From Lachnospiraceae bacterium (GTDB taxonomy: Bacteria > Bacillota > Clostridia > Lachnospirales > Lachnospiraceae), in the NCBI GenBank assembly GCA_902363555.1, contig CABJAM010000006.1, positions 370,432-402,431 of the forward strand: DNA of 32,000 nucleotides, read 5' to 3'. Position 1 is the first letter of the stretch. Every line of letters begins with the position of its first letter. The translations under genes and the position numbers were made by a program. Shown in pieces: positions 1 through 8,220 of the stretch. The notes under the pieces were generated by a model. The model ran no database searches and had not been told where the DNA came from. It saw only the letters and a program-made list of their open reading frames with translations.

Positions 1-534
1 GCACAAGCTCACAAGGCTTGTTTCCATGACAAGTAAGAGCAGTTCGGGGATTTCCATAGCGTCAAGCCCGCTTTGCATGGAAGCAAGGGCGGCGGCAACA
101 TCAATCTCTGTGCTGCCGCCGATTACCCCCGCCGCGCCGGAAACAACGTGCTGCGCCATATCGAACACCGCCATAGTGATGTCAAAGGTGTGCGTCACAA
201 GGTAGACTGCCACAAACGCCTTGAACACCCACTTGAAGAACATGGAAGTGTCAACGTCGTGCATATTGTTCTTTTCCGTTACCATGCTGATAAGCTCATA
301 GCATAGGACGTAGGTAATGACAAGCCCCGCAATGGGTACGATTACATTCTCACTAAGCGTCTGTATCATGGAGAATATATTTGCGTTCCACCCTTGCGGG
401 GTCTGCCCTACCTCTGCGGCGATAGTGCCGACTTTCTCGTTTACGTCCCCGAACATAGTTGACAGATTACCGTTTATGGCTCCTATGAGGATTTCCTTTA
501 TCCATTCGTTAATCGCGTCAAGTATGCTCTGCAT
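1..534 (-). CDS. TrbL/VirB6-like conjugal-transfer membrane protein, N-terminal 178 codons (gene runs off the left edge)
   Basis: Absent from the ORF track because no stop lies in the window. My translation of the minus strand from the ATG at 534-532 gives MQSILDAINEWIKEILIGAINGNLSTMFGDVNEKVGTIAAEVGQTPQGWNANIFSMIQTLSENVIVPIAGLVITYVL..., open to position 1. It has the same position after Maff2 and the same hydrophobic architecture as 17435-18271. Confidence 0.7.
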   Translation of the reverse strand, partial: MQSILDAINEWIKEILIGAINGNLSTMFGDVNEKVGTIAAEVGQTPQGWNANIFSMIQTLSENVIVPIAGLVITYVLCYELISMVTEKNNMHDVDTSMFFKWVFKAFVAVYLVTHTFDITMAVFDMAQHVVSGAAGVIGGSTEIDVAAALASMQSGLDAMEIPELLLLVMETSLVSLC

Positions 535-553
535 AAGCCTTTACCCGCGCTTC

Positions 554-769
554 TTAACCGAACAAGCCGGAAAGCAGCGGTACAAGGGTCATGCCGATAA
601 GGGCAACGCCGCCGCCCGCCATAAGCTGCTTCATGCCCTGGCTTTTCGCGCCCGGATTGTCGTTGCCGTAGCCCTCCATGAGGTTAATCACGCCCCAGAT
701 ACCAAGCCCGGCTCCAAGTGCTACAACAAGGGTCTGCAAAACGTCTACTGCGCTATTGAAAAATGCCAT
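554..769 (-). CDS. Maff2-family small membrane protein (71 aa)
   Basis: ORF 554-808 trimmed to MAFFNSAVDVLQTLVVALGAGLGIWGVINLMEGYGNDNPGAKSQGMKQLMAGGG... An AAAGGA RBS lies about 8 nt upstream. It parallels the Maff2-like gene at 16965-17327 (GxxxLxxSHDPSQ/GNDNPGAK loop between two TM helices). Confidence 0.75.
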   Translation of the reverse strand: MAFFNSAVDVLQTLVVALGAGLGIWGVINLMEGYGNDNPGAKSQGMKQLMAGGGVALIGMTLVPLLSGLFG

Positions 770-842
770 AAATATATCCTTTCTGCCGCGTCTGCGGCTG
801 TCCGGCAAGCGGACAAAAGGCGGTCAGCATATGCCGCCGCAC

Positions 843-869
843 AAAAAAACCGCCCTCTGGTAAAGGCGG
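843..869 (-). terminator. Putative intrinsic terminator inside the TraG-Maff2 spacer of element A
   Basis: The minus strand reads CCGCC-loop-GGCGG followed by TTTTTTT (plus-strand A7 at 843-849, arms at 850-854 and 865-869). The stem is short. Confidence 0.35.
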
Positions 870-1176
870 CTGTCCCCGCGCTGCGTAAGTCCTGCGGCGC
901 GGCGGTATTCAGTTGTAAGGGGTGCGGCTCCTGCCGCTGTGTACCGCGCCGGAAAGTGGGGGCGCGTATCATGTAGCCGGTATGGATAGATGTGATTGCT
1001 TCAATCGCTCCTTTCTGTGTCCCGCTGTGCTGCCGGACGTTTTTTTCAGACTTGCGGGAAGTGAATAGCTTGCGTAGCAAGGTGTTCGCTTCCCGCAAGT
1101 TCACAAAGGGGTAGCTGCCGCCAGGCAGCGTAGGGGAAGTGTAGCTTCCCCTGTCCCCCGGCGGTCTGCCATGCTG

Positions 1177-1347
1177 TCACTGTTGCGGGATAAGCCCCCG
1201 GCGCGTGACATACTCCGTTGCAAAACGGCGGTGTTCCGCTTCCTTTTCCCGCCAATACTCCCATAATGCAGCGTCGGCGGCTTCCGCAACATTCATTAAA
1301 AACCGTTCAAGCTGCTTTTGTTTTTCCTCTGCGCTACGTTTCCTCAT
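1177..1347 (-). CDS. Small conserved hypothetical protein (56 aa) overlapping the TraG stop
   Basis: ORF 1177-1452 trimmed to MRKRSAEEKQKQLERFLMNVAEAADAALWEYWREKEAEHRRF... AGGAGG lies 8 nt upstream of the ATG at 1347. It overlaps the end of TraG by 14 nt, typical operon packing. Confidence 0.5.
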   Translation of the reverse strand: MRKRSAEEKQKQLERFLMNVAEAADAALWEYWREKEAEHRRFATEYVTRRGLIPQQ

Positions 1348-3142
1348 GGTCTGCGTCCTCCTGTAAGTCTGCCGCGTCAATCTCGTAATAGTCAAAAACC
1401 TCGTCGGGCTTGACAATGGCGGGGCGGCGTTTAAGGTGCTTTTCCATGTCAAAGGCGTTCTTCGGGTCTGCGTCGGACAGGTACTTGTATTTCGGGTGCT
1501 TCGTTATGTCGAATTTATCCGAAAAGAACGGGCGCACCCCGCGTAGCTGCAAGATACATTTCCCTCCGTCCATGACTGCGATTTCATCTTCCGTCATAAG
1601 CTGCTTTCCCAATTTCTGATAGTTCAGCCCATGCGAAAGCTCCCGCCCCCTTGTTTCGGAAGTGTTGAAGCTGTCTATCGTTTCCTTGCCTAAAATCTCC
1701 GATATTTCTTTGAGCGTCGTTTTTTCCTTGCCGCCCAAGAAAAGCGTGGTGTCGCAGTTGCCGACTATGGTATCGGCGTTGTCCTTGTAGATTGCCTTTA
1801 GCTGTGACTGGCTCTGCAAGATGATTGACGCGGAGATTTCCCGGCTCCGTATGGTGGCTATGAGCTTTTCAAACTTCGGTATCTGCCCGATATTCGCAAA
1901 TTCATCAAGCAAGCACCTTACATGGACGGGAAGCCGCCCGCCGTATTCATCATCTGCTTTGTCGCACAAGAGGTTGAATAGCTGTGTGTAGAGAATACTC
2001 ACGACAAAGTTAAAGGTGTCGTCGGTGTCGCTGATAATCACGAAAAGGGCGGTCTTTCTGTCGCCTATGGTGTCAAGCTCCATTTCGTCGGTTTCCATAA
2101 GCTCCCGCAGCTCCTTAATGTCGAATGGGGCTAACCTCGCGCCGCATGAGATAAGTATGCTTTTTGCGGTCTTGCCCGCCGCAAGTTTGTATTTTTTGTA
2201 CTGCTTGACTGCAAAATGCTCCGGGTCTTTTTCTTCCAGACGTTCAAACATGAGGTCAACCGGGTTCTGGAAATCCTCGTCGTCCTCGCGGGCTTCCGAC
2301 GCATTTATCATTTCAAGCAGCGTCGTGAAGTTCTTCTCGTCCTCCGGGGCTTCATACCAGATATAGCCGATTAGCGCGGTGTAGTAGAGCTTTTCCGCTT
2401 TCACCCAGAAATCCTCGCCGGATTTTTCCCCGTCGCCTTTGGTGTTGGCGATAATGGTATTGACTAACTTCAAAATGTCCTTTTCGCTCCGCAGATAGGC
2501 AAAGGGATTGTATTTCATGGATTTTTTGAAGTTAATCGTATTTAGCACTTTGATACGGTATTTGTACCGCTGTAACATTTTCCCGGTTTCCAAAATCAGT
2601 GTTCCTTTCGGGTCAGTGACGATATACGACGTTGGAAAATCCTTTGACGTACATTGCATGAGCGACGGTTTCACAAAGAACCGGGTCTTGCCGCTGCCGG
2701 AACCGCCGATTACAAGGATATTTTTGTTTCTTGCGTATTTCGGCTGCTTCGGGCGGCTGTTCATGGTGAGCCGTTCCGTCTGTGTTAAGGGAATATTGTT
2801 CTCAAATACCGGGTCGGTGTACGGCTTTATGTCGTCAGCCCCGCCCCAACGCGCCGAACCGTATTCTGTCCCGCGGCGGTATTTCTTCGCGTTCTTGCCT
2901 TTGGTGTAGATAATCAGCCGGACAATGACCGCCCCCGCAATGCCTAAAGCTAAGTCTGCCGGGTGGAAGCTCGGCGCGATACTGGAAAAGGCGGCGGTAA
3001 AACCGTCCCCAAGATGTAGCAGCTTTGCGCTTGCGTCCGCGCCGGGGGAGAGCCGGACAGCCGCGCCCACTTTATCAAAGAGCCAGACAAAGAGCAGATA
3101 CGGGAGATTTAGGATAAGCAGCTTCTTGATTTCCGGCTTCAT
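1334..3142 (-). CDS. traG: Type IV coupling protein, TraG/VirD4 family (602 aa)
   Basis: N-terminal TM helices, Walker A GGSGSGKT, and the DEFANIG / ILQSQSQL motifs typical of TraG/VirD4. It is a paralog of 15161-16951. Confidence 0.9.
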   Translation of the reverse strand: MKPEIKKLLILNLPYLLFVWLFDKVGAAVRLSPGADASAKLLHLGDGFTAAFSSIAPSFHPADLALGIAGAVIVRLIIYTKGKNAKKYRRGTEYGSARWGGADDIKPYTDPVFENNIPLTQTERLTMNSRPKQPKYARNKNILVIGGSGSGKTRFFVKPSLMQCTSKDFPTSYIVTDPKGTLILETGKMLQRYKYRIKVLNTINFKKSMKYNPFAYLRSEKDILKLVNTIIANTKGDGEKSGEDFWVKAEKLYYTALIGYIWYEAPEDEKNFTTLLEMINASEAREDDEDFQNPVDLMFERLEEKDPEHFAVKQYKKYKLAAGKTAKSILISCGARLAPFDIKELRELMETDEMELDTIGDRKTALFVIISDTDDTFNFVVSILYTQLFNLLCDKADDEYGGRLPVHVRCLLDEFANIGQIPKFEKLIATIRSREISASIILQSQSQLKAIYKDNADTIVGNCDTTLFLGGKEKTTLKEISEILGKETIDSFNTSETRGRELSHGLNYQKLGKQLMTEDEIAVMDGGKCILQLRGVRPFFSDKFDITKHPKYKYLSDADPKNAFDMEKHLKRRPAIVKPDEVFDYYEIDAADLQEDADHEET

Positions 3143-3615
3143 AGCGATACCTCCCTGTCCTTGTTCTTGACCTTTGCCCGTTCCGCGTTTCTGCCCTGTG
3201 CAGCTTCTTTGAGGGTAGAGAGCAGCTTTCGGATTGAGGGCTTTTTCTCCTGTGTCAGCTTTTTTGCGGAAAATTCCTTAAAGGCTGCGGTCAGTACGTC
3301 CGCGTCCCGCCCCTTGAAGAAAACCAGATAGCGGGGCGGGCTTTCCGTCGCGTCCTTTTTCAGCGCAAAGTCGATACCGTACTTTTTCGCCGTACTCTCA
3401 AAGGCTTTGATATTGCCCTCGGTAATCTCAATGTTGGAAACGCCCGCGTTCTGCTTCATAAGCTGCTTTAAGCTCTGCTTGCCCTGTGGCGGTTTGGAAA
3501 GCTGTTTTTTTCCCTTTGACAGTATGGCTTTCATTGCCTTTTGGAGCGTCTGGGCGGTCAGCTTCCCGGTCTTGATGTAAAGGGCTATGGTCTTTTCGTT
3601 TACTTCGTCCTGCAA
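3139..3615 (-). CDS. PcfB-like / DUF3801-like conjugation protein (158 aa)
   Basis: TTG start with AGGAGG 9 nt upstream. Lys-rich protein with the FESTAKKYGIDFAL..RYLVFFKGRDADVL core, resembling 13285-14097. Its stop overlaps the TraG start. Confidence 0.7.
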   Translation of the reverse strand: MQDEVNEKTIALYIKTGKLTAQTLQKAMKAILSKGKKQLSKPPQGKQSLKQLMKQNAGVSNIEITEGNIKAFESTAKKYGIDFALKKDATESPPRYLVFFKGRDADVLTAAFKEFSAKKLTQEKKPSIRKLLSTLKEAAQGRNAERAKVKNKDREVSL

Positions 3616-3656
3616 TTTGTCGCGTCCTCCTTTCGCGTTTCTTTATGGGGCGGCGG

Positions 3657-3878
3657 TCAGATACGCACCCGCAGCCCGTTCAAGTCCTCGGCTCTGATAC
3701 CCACAAGATACCAGTTGTCGCCGTACTCAATCCGGGTCGGCTTCCACTTGCCCCGCACGAATACGTCAAAACATTCTCCACAATGCAGCCCGCCATAGTA
3801 GCTGTTTAAGTCAAAGCGGATGTCGTAACGGTCGGTGCGCTCGTCAAATACCAATGCTCCTGTCATTTTCTGTGCCAT
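3657..3878 (-). CDS. Small conserved hypothetical protein (73 aa; DUF5348-like by recall)
   Basis: ORF 3657-3926 trimmed to MAQKMTGALVFDERTDRYDIRFDLNSYYGGLHCGECFDVFVRGKWKPTRIEY..., with a GGAGG RBS upstream of the ATG at 3878. Confidence 0.6.
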   Translation of the reverse strand: MAQKMTGALVFDERTDRYDIRFDLNSYYGGLHCGECFDVFVRGKWKPTRIEYGDNWYLVGIRAEDLNGLRVRI

Positions 3879-3901
3879 AATAAAATCCTCCTTTTGTTGT
3901 T

Positions 3902-4885
3902 TTACAGGCTTTCGCCCGGTTTGCATGAATAATAGTCCGGGTCGCCGTACTGCGGCTTTTTCGGTGACAGTGCGCCGCTTGCCATGTCATGGGCGACAAG
4001 GGAAGTGTAATAATTGCCGATAGTGGACGGGGCGTTGAAAAGGGCTGCTTTCAGATATTGCTTGATGTTGCGGATTTTCGTTGTGTTCTCCCGCATACAG
4101 TCAAGCACAAAGCGGATATGCTCGCCGTCCAGTTTCATAAACTTAGATTTCACAAGCTCTGCCGGGTAGTCGTCCCCTGCAATCCGTACCCGCTTCCTTG
4201 CGGTGCATACGGTTTCAAGCATGAGGTCTACAATCTCGTCAAGCCTGTCACTGTCAAACTTCATGTCCTGTTTGAGAATGTGGTAGTCGATATTGTCCTT
4301 GATGATTTCCCGGTATATATCAACTGCGCTCTGTGCTGCCGCTTCCGTTCCTTTCCGTTCCGGCGGCGTAGCCGCTTCTCTGCAAGGAGAGGGGTTAGGG
4401 GAAAGGATAGGAATGGAATGGGTACTTTGTTCATCAGTAATTATTTTTTCTTTTTTTGGTAAGTAAGTTCTTTGTATATCTTTATTTAATTGCGTTGGAT
4501 TTTCCAACGTAGGTTTTTCCAATGTTGGTTTTTCCTGCGTTGGATTATCCAATGTTGGATTTTCCAATGTAGGTAAATCCGGCGTAGGCGGCTGCGGCTG
4601 CTCGAATATCACATAGTCCGCGCCCCGCAAGCGTCCTTTCTCGTCGCGCTCCCTTGAACGGACGATATACCCGGCGCGTTCAAGCTCCTTAATGGCTTCG
4701 CGGATAGCGTCTATCTTCTCCCGGTTGATAAGGGATAAGCCTTTCAAGGTGTAGTCCCAATCTTCGGGGAGTGACAGCATTTGCGATAACAGCCCCTTTG
4801 CCTTTAGGGAAAGCTCCTTGTTGCGTAGGTGGTGGTTGCTCATTACGGTGTAGCCCTTGTTCCGTTCCACTCTGAAAACTGCCAT
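3902..4885 (-). CDS. Replication-initiator-like protein: N-terminal winged-HTH, PT-rich pentapeptide linker, DnaD/replisome-organizer-like C-terminus (327 aa)
   Basis: The N-terminus reads FRVERNKGYTVMSNHHLRNKELSLKAKGLLSQMLSLPEDWDY, a typical ICE/plasmid rep HTH. A central repeat PTLENPTLDNPTQEKPTLEKPTLENPTQ follows. It is the first gene of the minus-strand module. Confidence 0.7.
   Translation of the reverse strand: MAVFRVERNKGYTVMSNHHLRNKELSLKAKGLLSQMLSLPEDWDYTLKGLSLINREKIDAIREAIKELERAGYIVRSRERDEKGRLRGADYVIFEQPQPPTPDLPTLENPTLDNPTQEKPTLEKPTLENPTQLNKDIQRTYLPKKEKIITDEQSTHSIPILSPNPSPCREAATPPERKGTEAAAQSAVDIYREIIKDNIDYHILKQDMKFDSDRLDEIVDLMLETVCTARKRVRIAGDDYPAELVKSKFMKLDGEHIRFVLDCMRENTTKIRNIKQYLKAALFNAPSTIGNYYTSLVAHDMASGALSPKKPQYGDPDYYSCKPGESL
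4491..4595. repeat. Six to seven tandem 15-bp repeats inside the rep-like gene
   Basis: Units begin at 4491, 4506, 4521, 4536, 4551 and 4566, with a degenerate copy at 4581. Examples: tgcgttggattttcc, aacgtaggtttttcc, aatgttggtttttcc. Confidence 0.85.
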
Positions 4886-4910
4886 AGTTCATAGCTCCTT
4901 TGCTTTGGAT

Positions 4911-5026
4911 TTGTTACGCAGTAGAAGCGCGGTTTCGGGGGATAAGGTATAAATCCCTTTCCGCGCCAGATACGCGCCCGGAAAACCGCTTGTAGCAAGG
5001 CTTTTTCTGCCCCTACTGCGTAACAA
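4911..5026. promoter_or_regulatory. Perfect 14-bp inverted repeat pair flanking an 88-bp spacer upstream of the rep-like gene
   Basis: TTGTTACGCAGTAG at 4911-4924 and CTACTGCGTAACAA at 5013-5026. The interval lies between the rep start (4885) and the terminator at 5034-5083. Confidence 0.6.
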
Positions 5027-5033
5027 AGGGCAT

Positions 5034-5083
5034 GAAAAAAGCGGCGTTCCTGCTCTCCCATGTAGAGAGTAAGAAACGCCGCT
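5034..5083 (-). terminator. Intrinsic terminator (minus strand) insulating the rep operon from upstream transcription
   Basis: Arms AGCGGCGTT (5040-5048) and AACGCCGCT (5075-5083). On the minus strand the stem is followed by TTTTTT (plus-strand A-run 5035-5040). Confidence 0.5.
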
Positions 5084-5119
5084 TCTGCGTCGTATTCAGT
5101 TTTTAGTACAATACCCTGC

Positions 5120-6928
5120 TTGTCCGTCGCTCGAAAAACCTTGATTTTCCAGTGTTTTCAAAAGTATCGTTATCTAACGTCAGCTTTCCAAAGACCAAGT
5201 TTCCAGAATATGATAAAAGACATTGAAAGCGGTCTGATAAACTGCGTGATTACGAAAGATTTATCCCGTCTGGGGAGAAACTATCTTGATTGTGGGTTAT
5301 ATCTGGAAGTTTTCTTCCCAGAGCATAACGTGAGGTATATAGCGGTCAATGACGGCGTAGATACCTTGAATAAATCTGCTATGGACATCACGCCTTTCCG
5401 CAACATTTTAAACGAAATGTATGCCGCTGACATATCTGTTAAGATAAAATCGGCATATCGGGCGAGGTTTCAACAGGGGAAATTCATGGGAACTACCGCC
5501 CCTTATGGCTATATCAAAGACCCTGCCGACCACAACCATCTGCTGATAGATGATAAAGTGGCACATGTTGTAAAAGAGATATTCGACCTTGCATTAAAAG
5601 GGAATGGAGTTGCCAAAATTTGCAGACATCTTAATAAACAGCATATCCTACGCCCTGCCGCTTATGCGGCGGAGCGTGGCGAAACAGGCTTTGAACGTCA
5701 TTTTGAGGGGAACGAGGACAAACGCTATATTTGGAGTGGGAACAGCGTGAGGAGCATTTTAAGAAGCCCGATATATGCGGGAAATCTTGTAGGCTACAAA
5801 CGGATTGCCGCCAATATGAAAAGCAAGAAACGCCCCTCTAAGCTGCCCGAAGAATGGGAAGTGATACCCAATACCCATGAGGGAATAGTCACGCAGGAGG
5901 AATTTGATATTGTCCAACAGCTTATTACAAGTCGTAGGCTTCCACAGAACAAGGGAGGATTTGTAAATATTTTTGCAGGCGTTATCAAGTGTGTGGACTG
6001 CGGATGTGCTCTGCGGGCAATGAACGTACACAGGAGGAAACGCCCAGAGATTATCGACTGTGTACAGTATTCATGTAATAATTATGCAAGAAACGGAAGA
6101 AGCGAGTGTAGTGCCCACAATATAGAAGCAAGGGATTTATTCAATGCCGTTCTTGCCGACATCAACTGTTTTGCGGATATGGCAGTGAATGATGAAAAGG
6201 CGGTCAGGGCCATAGAAAAGCGGCTCACGGAAACAGACCAGAGCAGGGCGAAAGCATTAGAGAAAGAACGTAAGAAGCTGAACAAACGCCTTGCGGAACT
6301 GGACAGGCTGTTTTCCTCTCTCTACGAGGATAAGGTCATGGAGCGTATTACCGAGCGGAATTTTGAGATGATGTCGGGGAAATACCAGAAAGAGCAGCTT
6401 GAAATTGAAGCAAGGCTGAAAGAGGTGACGGAAACTCTCAGCGACAGCTATGAGAAGACGCAGGGTGTCCGTGATTTCCTCTCCCTAATCCGCAACTATC
6501 AAGGCATTAAGGAACTGGACGCAACCATCATAAACGCACTTATAGACAAGATACTTGTTTCGGAACGTGAGAAACTTACAGACGGAATGGTGCGGCAGGA
6601 AATCAAGATTTATTATAAATTCATCGGCTTTGTCGGTGAATTACATATCACACCGACAAAGCGGTGGACTGCGTTAAAGCCTAAGAATTGTACGGTGTGC
6701 GGTGTTGAATATGTTCCCCGCTCTGGCATATCGAAGTATTGTCCTGCTTGTGCCAAGAAGATACAGAGGGAGAAATCAAACGAGAGCAAACGCAGGAGCA
6801 GGGAGCGAAACAGACAGGCATGTATTGAACTGTCCGCAAAAAATGACCGACTGATTTGGAACAGCGGCAAGGCAGGATTGAAAGACAGGGTAATATGTTC
6901 CCAGAAGTGGAGGTTTACCGCTATGTGA
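5120..6928 (+). pseudogene. Large serine recombinase, 5'-truncated (catalytic N-terminal ~55-60 residues missing)
   Basis: Recognisable homology starts near 5180 (SAFQRPSFQNMIKDIESGLINCVITKDLSRLGRNY). The recombinase domain, the zinc ribbon CVDCGCAL...YSCNNYARNGRSECSAHNI and the coiled coil are present. No YxRVS-type catalytic-serine motif occurs in any upstream frame. The TTG at 5120 is only the start of the open frame. Confidence 0.7.
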
Positions 6929-7794
6929 CCGAGCAGACCTTTGACGCCTACCTCTATCAGCTTGTGGAATCGAAACAGAAATTTATCTCCCAGATAATGA
7001 CGAGCAAAAGCCCCGTGCGTTCCGCCGAGGATGTGGACGAGGTGGCTCTTTCCTTTGCAGAGGTGAAAATGCTTGCCACGGGCGATGAGCGTTTCAAGGA
7101 AAAGATGGACTTGGATATGCAGGTGGCGAAGCTGAAAGTATTGAAGCAGAGCTACCTTTCCGAGCATTATGACCTTGAGGACAGGATACTGAAACACTTT
7201 CCGAGGGAGATAAAGGAGCTTGAGGAACGCATTGTCAGCTATGAAAGCGATACCGCCCTTGCCGAACAGCACAAGCCGCAGGGCGAGGATAAGTTCTGCC
7301 CCATGACCTTAAAGGGCGTGACCTATACCGAGAAAGCGGACGCAGGCGAAATGCTCCTTGCTGTCTGCAAGGAAAATCCGCTGTCAAATCCCGTGGAAAT
7401 CGGCAGCTACCGAGGTTTCAAGATGGAGGTTTATTACGACAGCTTCAACACCCATTACTGCCTTAACCTCTGCGGAAAGGCAAAGCACAAGGTGGATTTA
7501 GGCTCTGATGCTCTGGGAAATCTCACCCGTATTGAAAACGAGATTGGAAAAATCCCTGCCAGACTGGAAGCTGCCAAGACCCGAAAGGCGGAAACTCTGG
7601 AGCAGCTTGCCAATGCAAAGACCGAGGTGTTAAAGCCCTTTGCCTTTGAAGATGAGCTGAAAGAAAAGAACGACAGGCTGAACGCCCTCAATATTGAGCT
7701 GAATCTGGACGAGAAAGACGCTCCTGTTATGGATACCGAGCCAGAGCAGGAAAACGAACAGCCCGAAAAGAGAACACAGGACAGGGAGCGTTAA
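6847..7794 (+). pseudogene. 3' remnant of a large SNF2-family helicase (ICE helicase/methylase type), from helicase motif VI onward
   Basis: The frame opens at 6847 (PTD)LEQRQGRIERQGNMFPEVEVYRYVTEQTFDAYLYQLVESKQKFISQIM, which includes SNF2 motif VI QRxGRxxRxG. There is no N-terminal helicase or ATPase part and no plausible start or RBS. Confidence 0.65.
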
Positions 7795-7809
7795 ATCCCA
7801 TTTGCACAT

Positions 7810-7838
7810 TTGTATTGCTGAAATCTGGGCAGTATAAT
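7810..7838 (+). promoter_or_regulatory. Sigma-70-type promoter: TTGTAT, 17 nt, TATAAT
   Basis: -35 box at 7810-7815 and a perfect -10 box at 7833-7838, about 33 nt upstream of the ATG at 7871. Confidence 0.45.
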
Positions 7839-7870
7839 AGGTGACGATAAGAAAAACGGAGGTGAGGAAA

Positions 7871-8200
7871 ATGTCTGATGCGTTCAGATTTGAAACTTTT
7901 GTAGATGTTCACGGCAATATCTTCAACGAATATCTAAGCTCTGTCGTTGCCAGACTGTCGAAAGAGGACGAGGAATACAAAGCCCTGCAAGAAAAGATTG
8001 AAGCCATTTATGAGGAATATCCCAAGGTTTTAGCTGTGTTTGACAGCGAAACGGAAAGCGAGCTGACCGAGAAAGAATGTGCGGCTCTCATTGAGGTAAT
8101 GGAGCTGAAGAATAAGCTCACGGACATGGAGATGCAGGCGGTGTACTTCCGTGGCTGCTATGACAGCGTAGGCTATCTGAAAAAAGCAGGGATTTTATGA
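7871..8200 (+). CDS. Conserved hypothetical ICE protein (109 aa)
   Basis: ORF 7841-8200 trimmed to MSDAFRFETFVDVHGNIF..., with a GGAGGTGAGG RBS. A terminator follows it. Confidence 0.6.
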   Translation: MSDAFRFETFVDVHGNIFNEYLSSVVARLSKEDEEYKALQEKIEAIYEEYPKVLAVFDSETESELTEKECAALIEVMELKNKLTDMEMQAVYFRGCYDSVGYLKKAGIL

Positions 8201-8220
8201 CGGACTGACCGAGAAAAAGG

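Larger units (their letters stand above)
1..6846 (-). mobile_element. Conjugative element A (partial, continues past the left edge). T4SS/rep genes lie on the minus strand and a decayed serine recombinase gene bounds it on the right.
   Basis: Based on the gene content and order of the features below. The right boundary is placed where recombinase-derived sequence meets helicase-derived sequence (~6847). This boundary is inferred; no att site was mapped. Confidence 0.5.

Noticed and set aside
317-1104. ORFs 317-976 (+, 219 aa), 678-863 (+) and 745-1104 (-, 119 aa)
   Set aside because: They overlap the well-supported minus-strand TrbL-like and Maff2 genes or the hairpin-rich spacer. Their composition is Arg/Ala/Cys-rich and not protein-like, and they have no RBS.
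4491-4595. 15-bp tandem repeats as a CRISPR array
   Set aside because: The repeats are contiguous with no spacers, are too short, and lie in frame inside a coding sequence.
5120-5179. TTG at 5120 as a genuine start of the serine recombinase
   Set aside because: There is no RBS and the first ~20 codons have no similarity to recombinase N-termini. The catalytic serine segment would still be missing, so I treat this as a truncated gene.
6613-7272. 219-aa minus-strand ORF across the recombinase/helicase junction
   Set aside because: It lies antisense to two frames with clear family motifs and has a Leu/His/Phe-rich nonsense composition.
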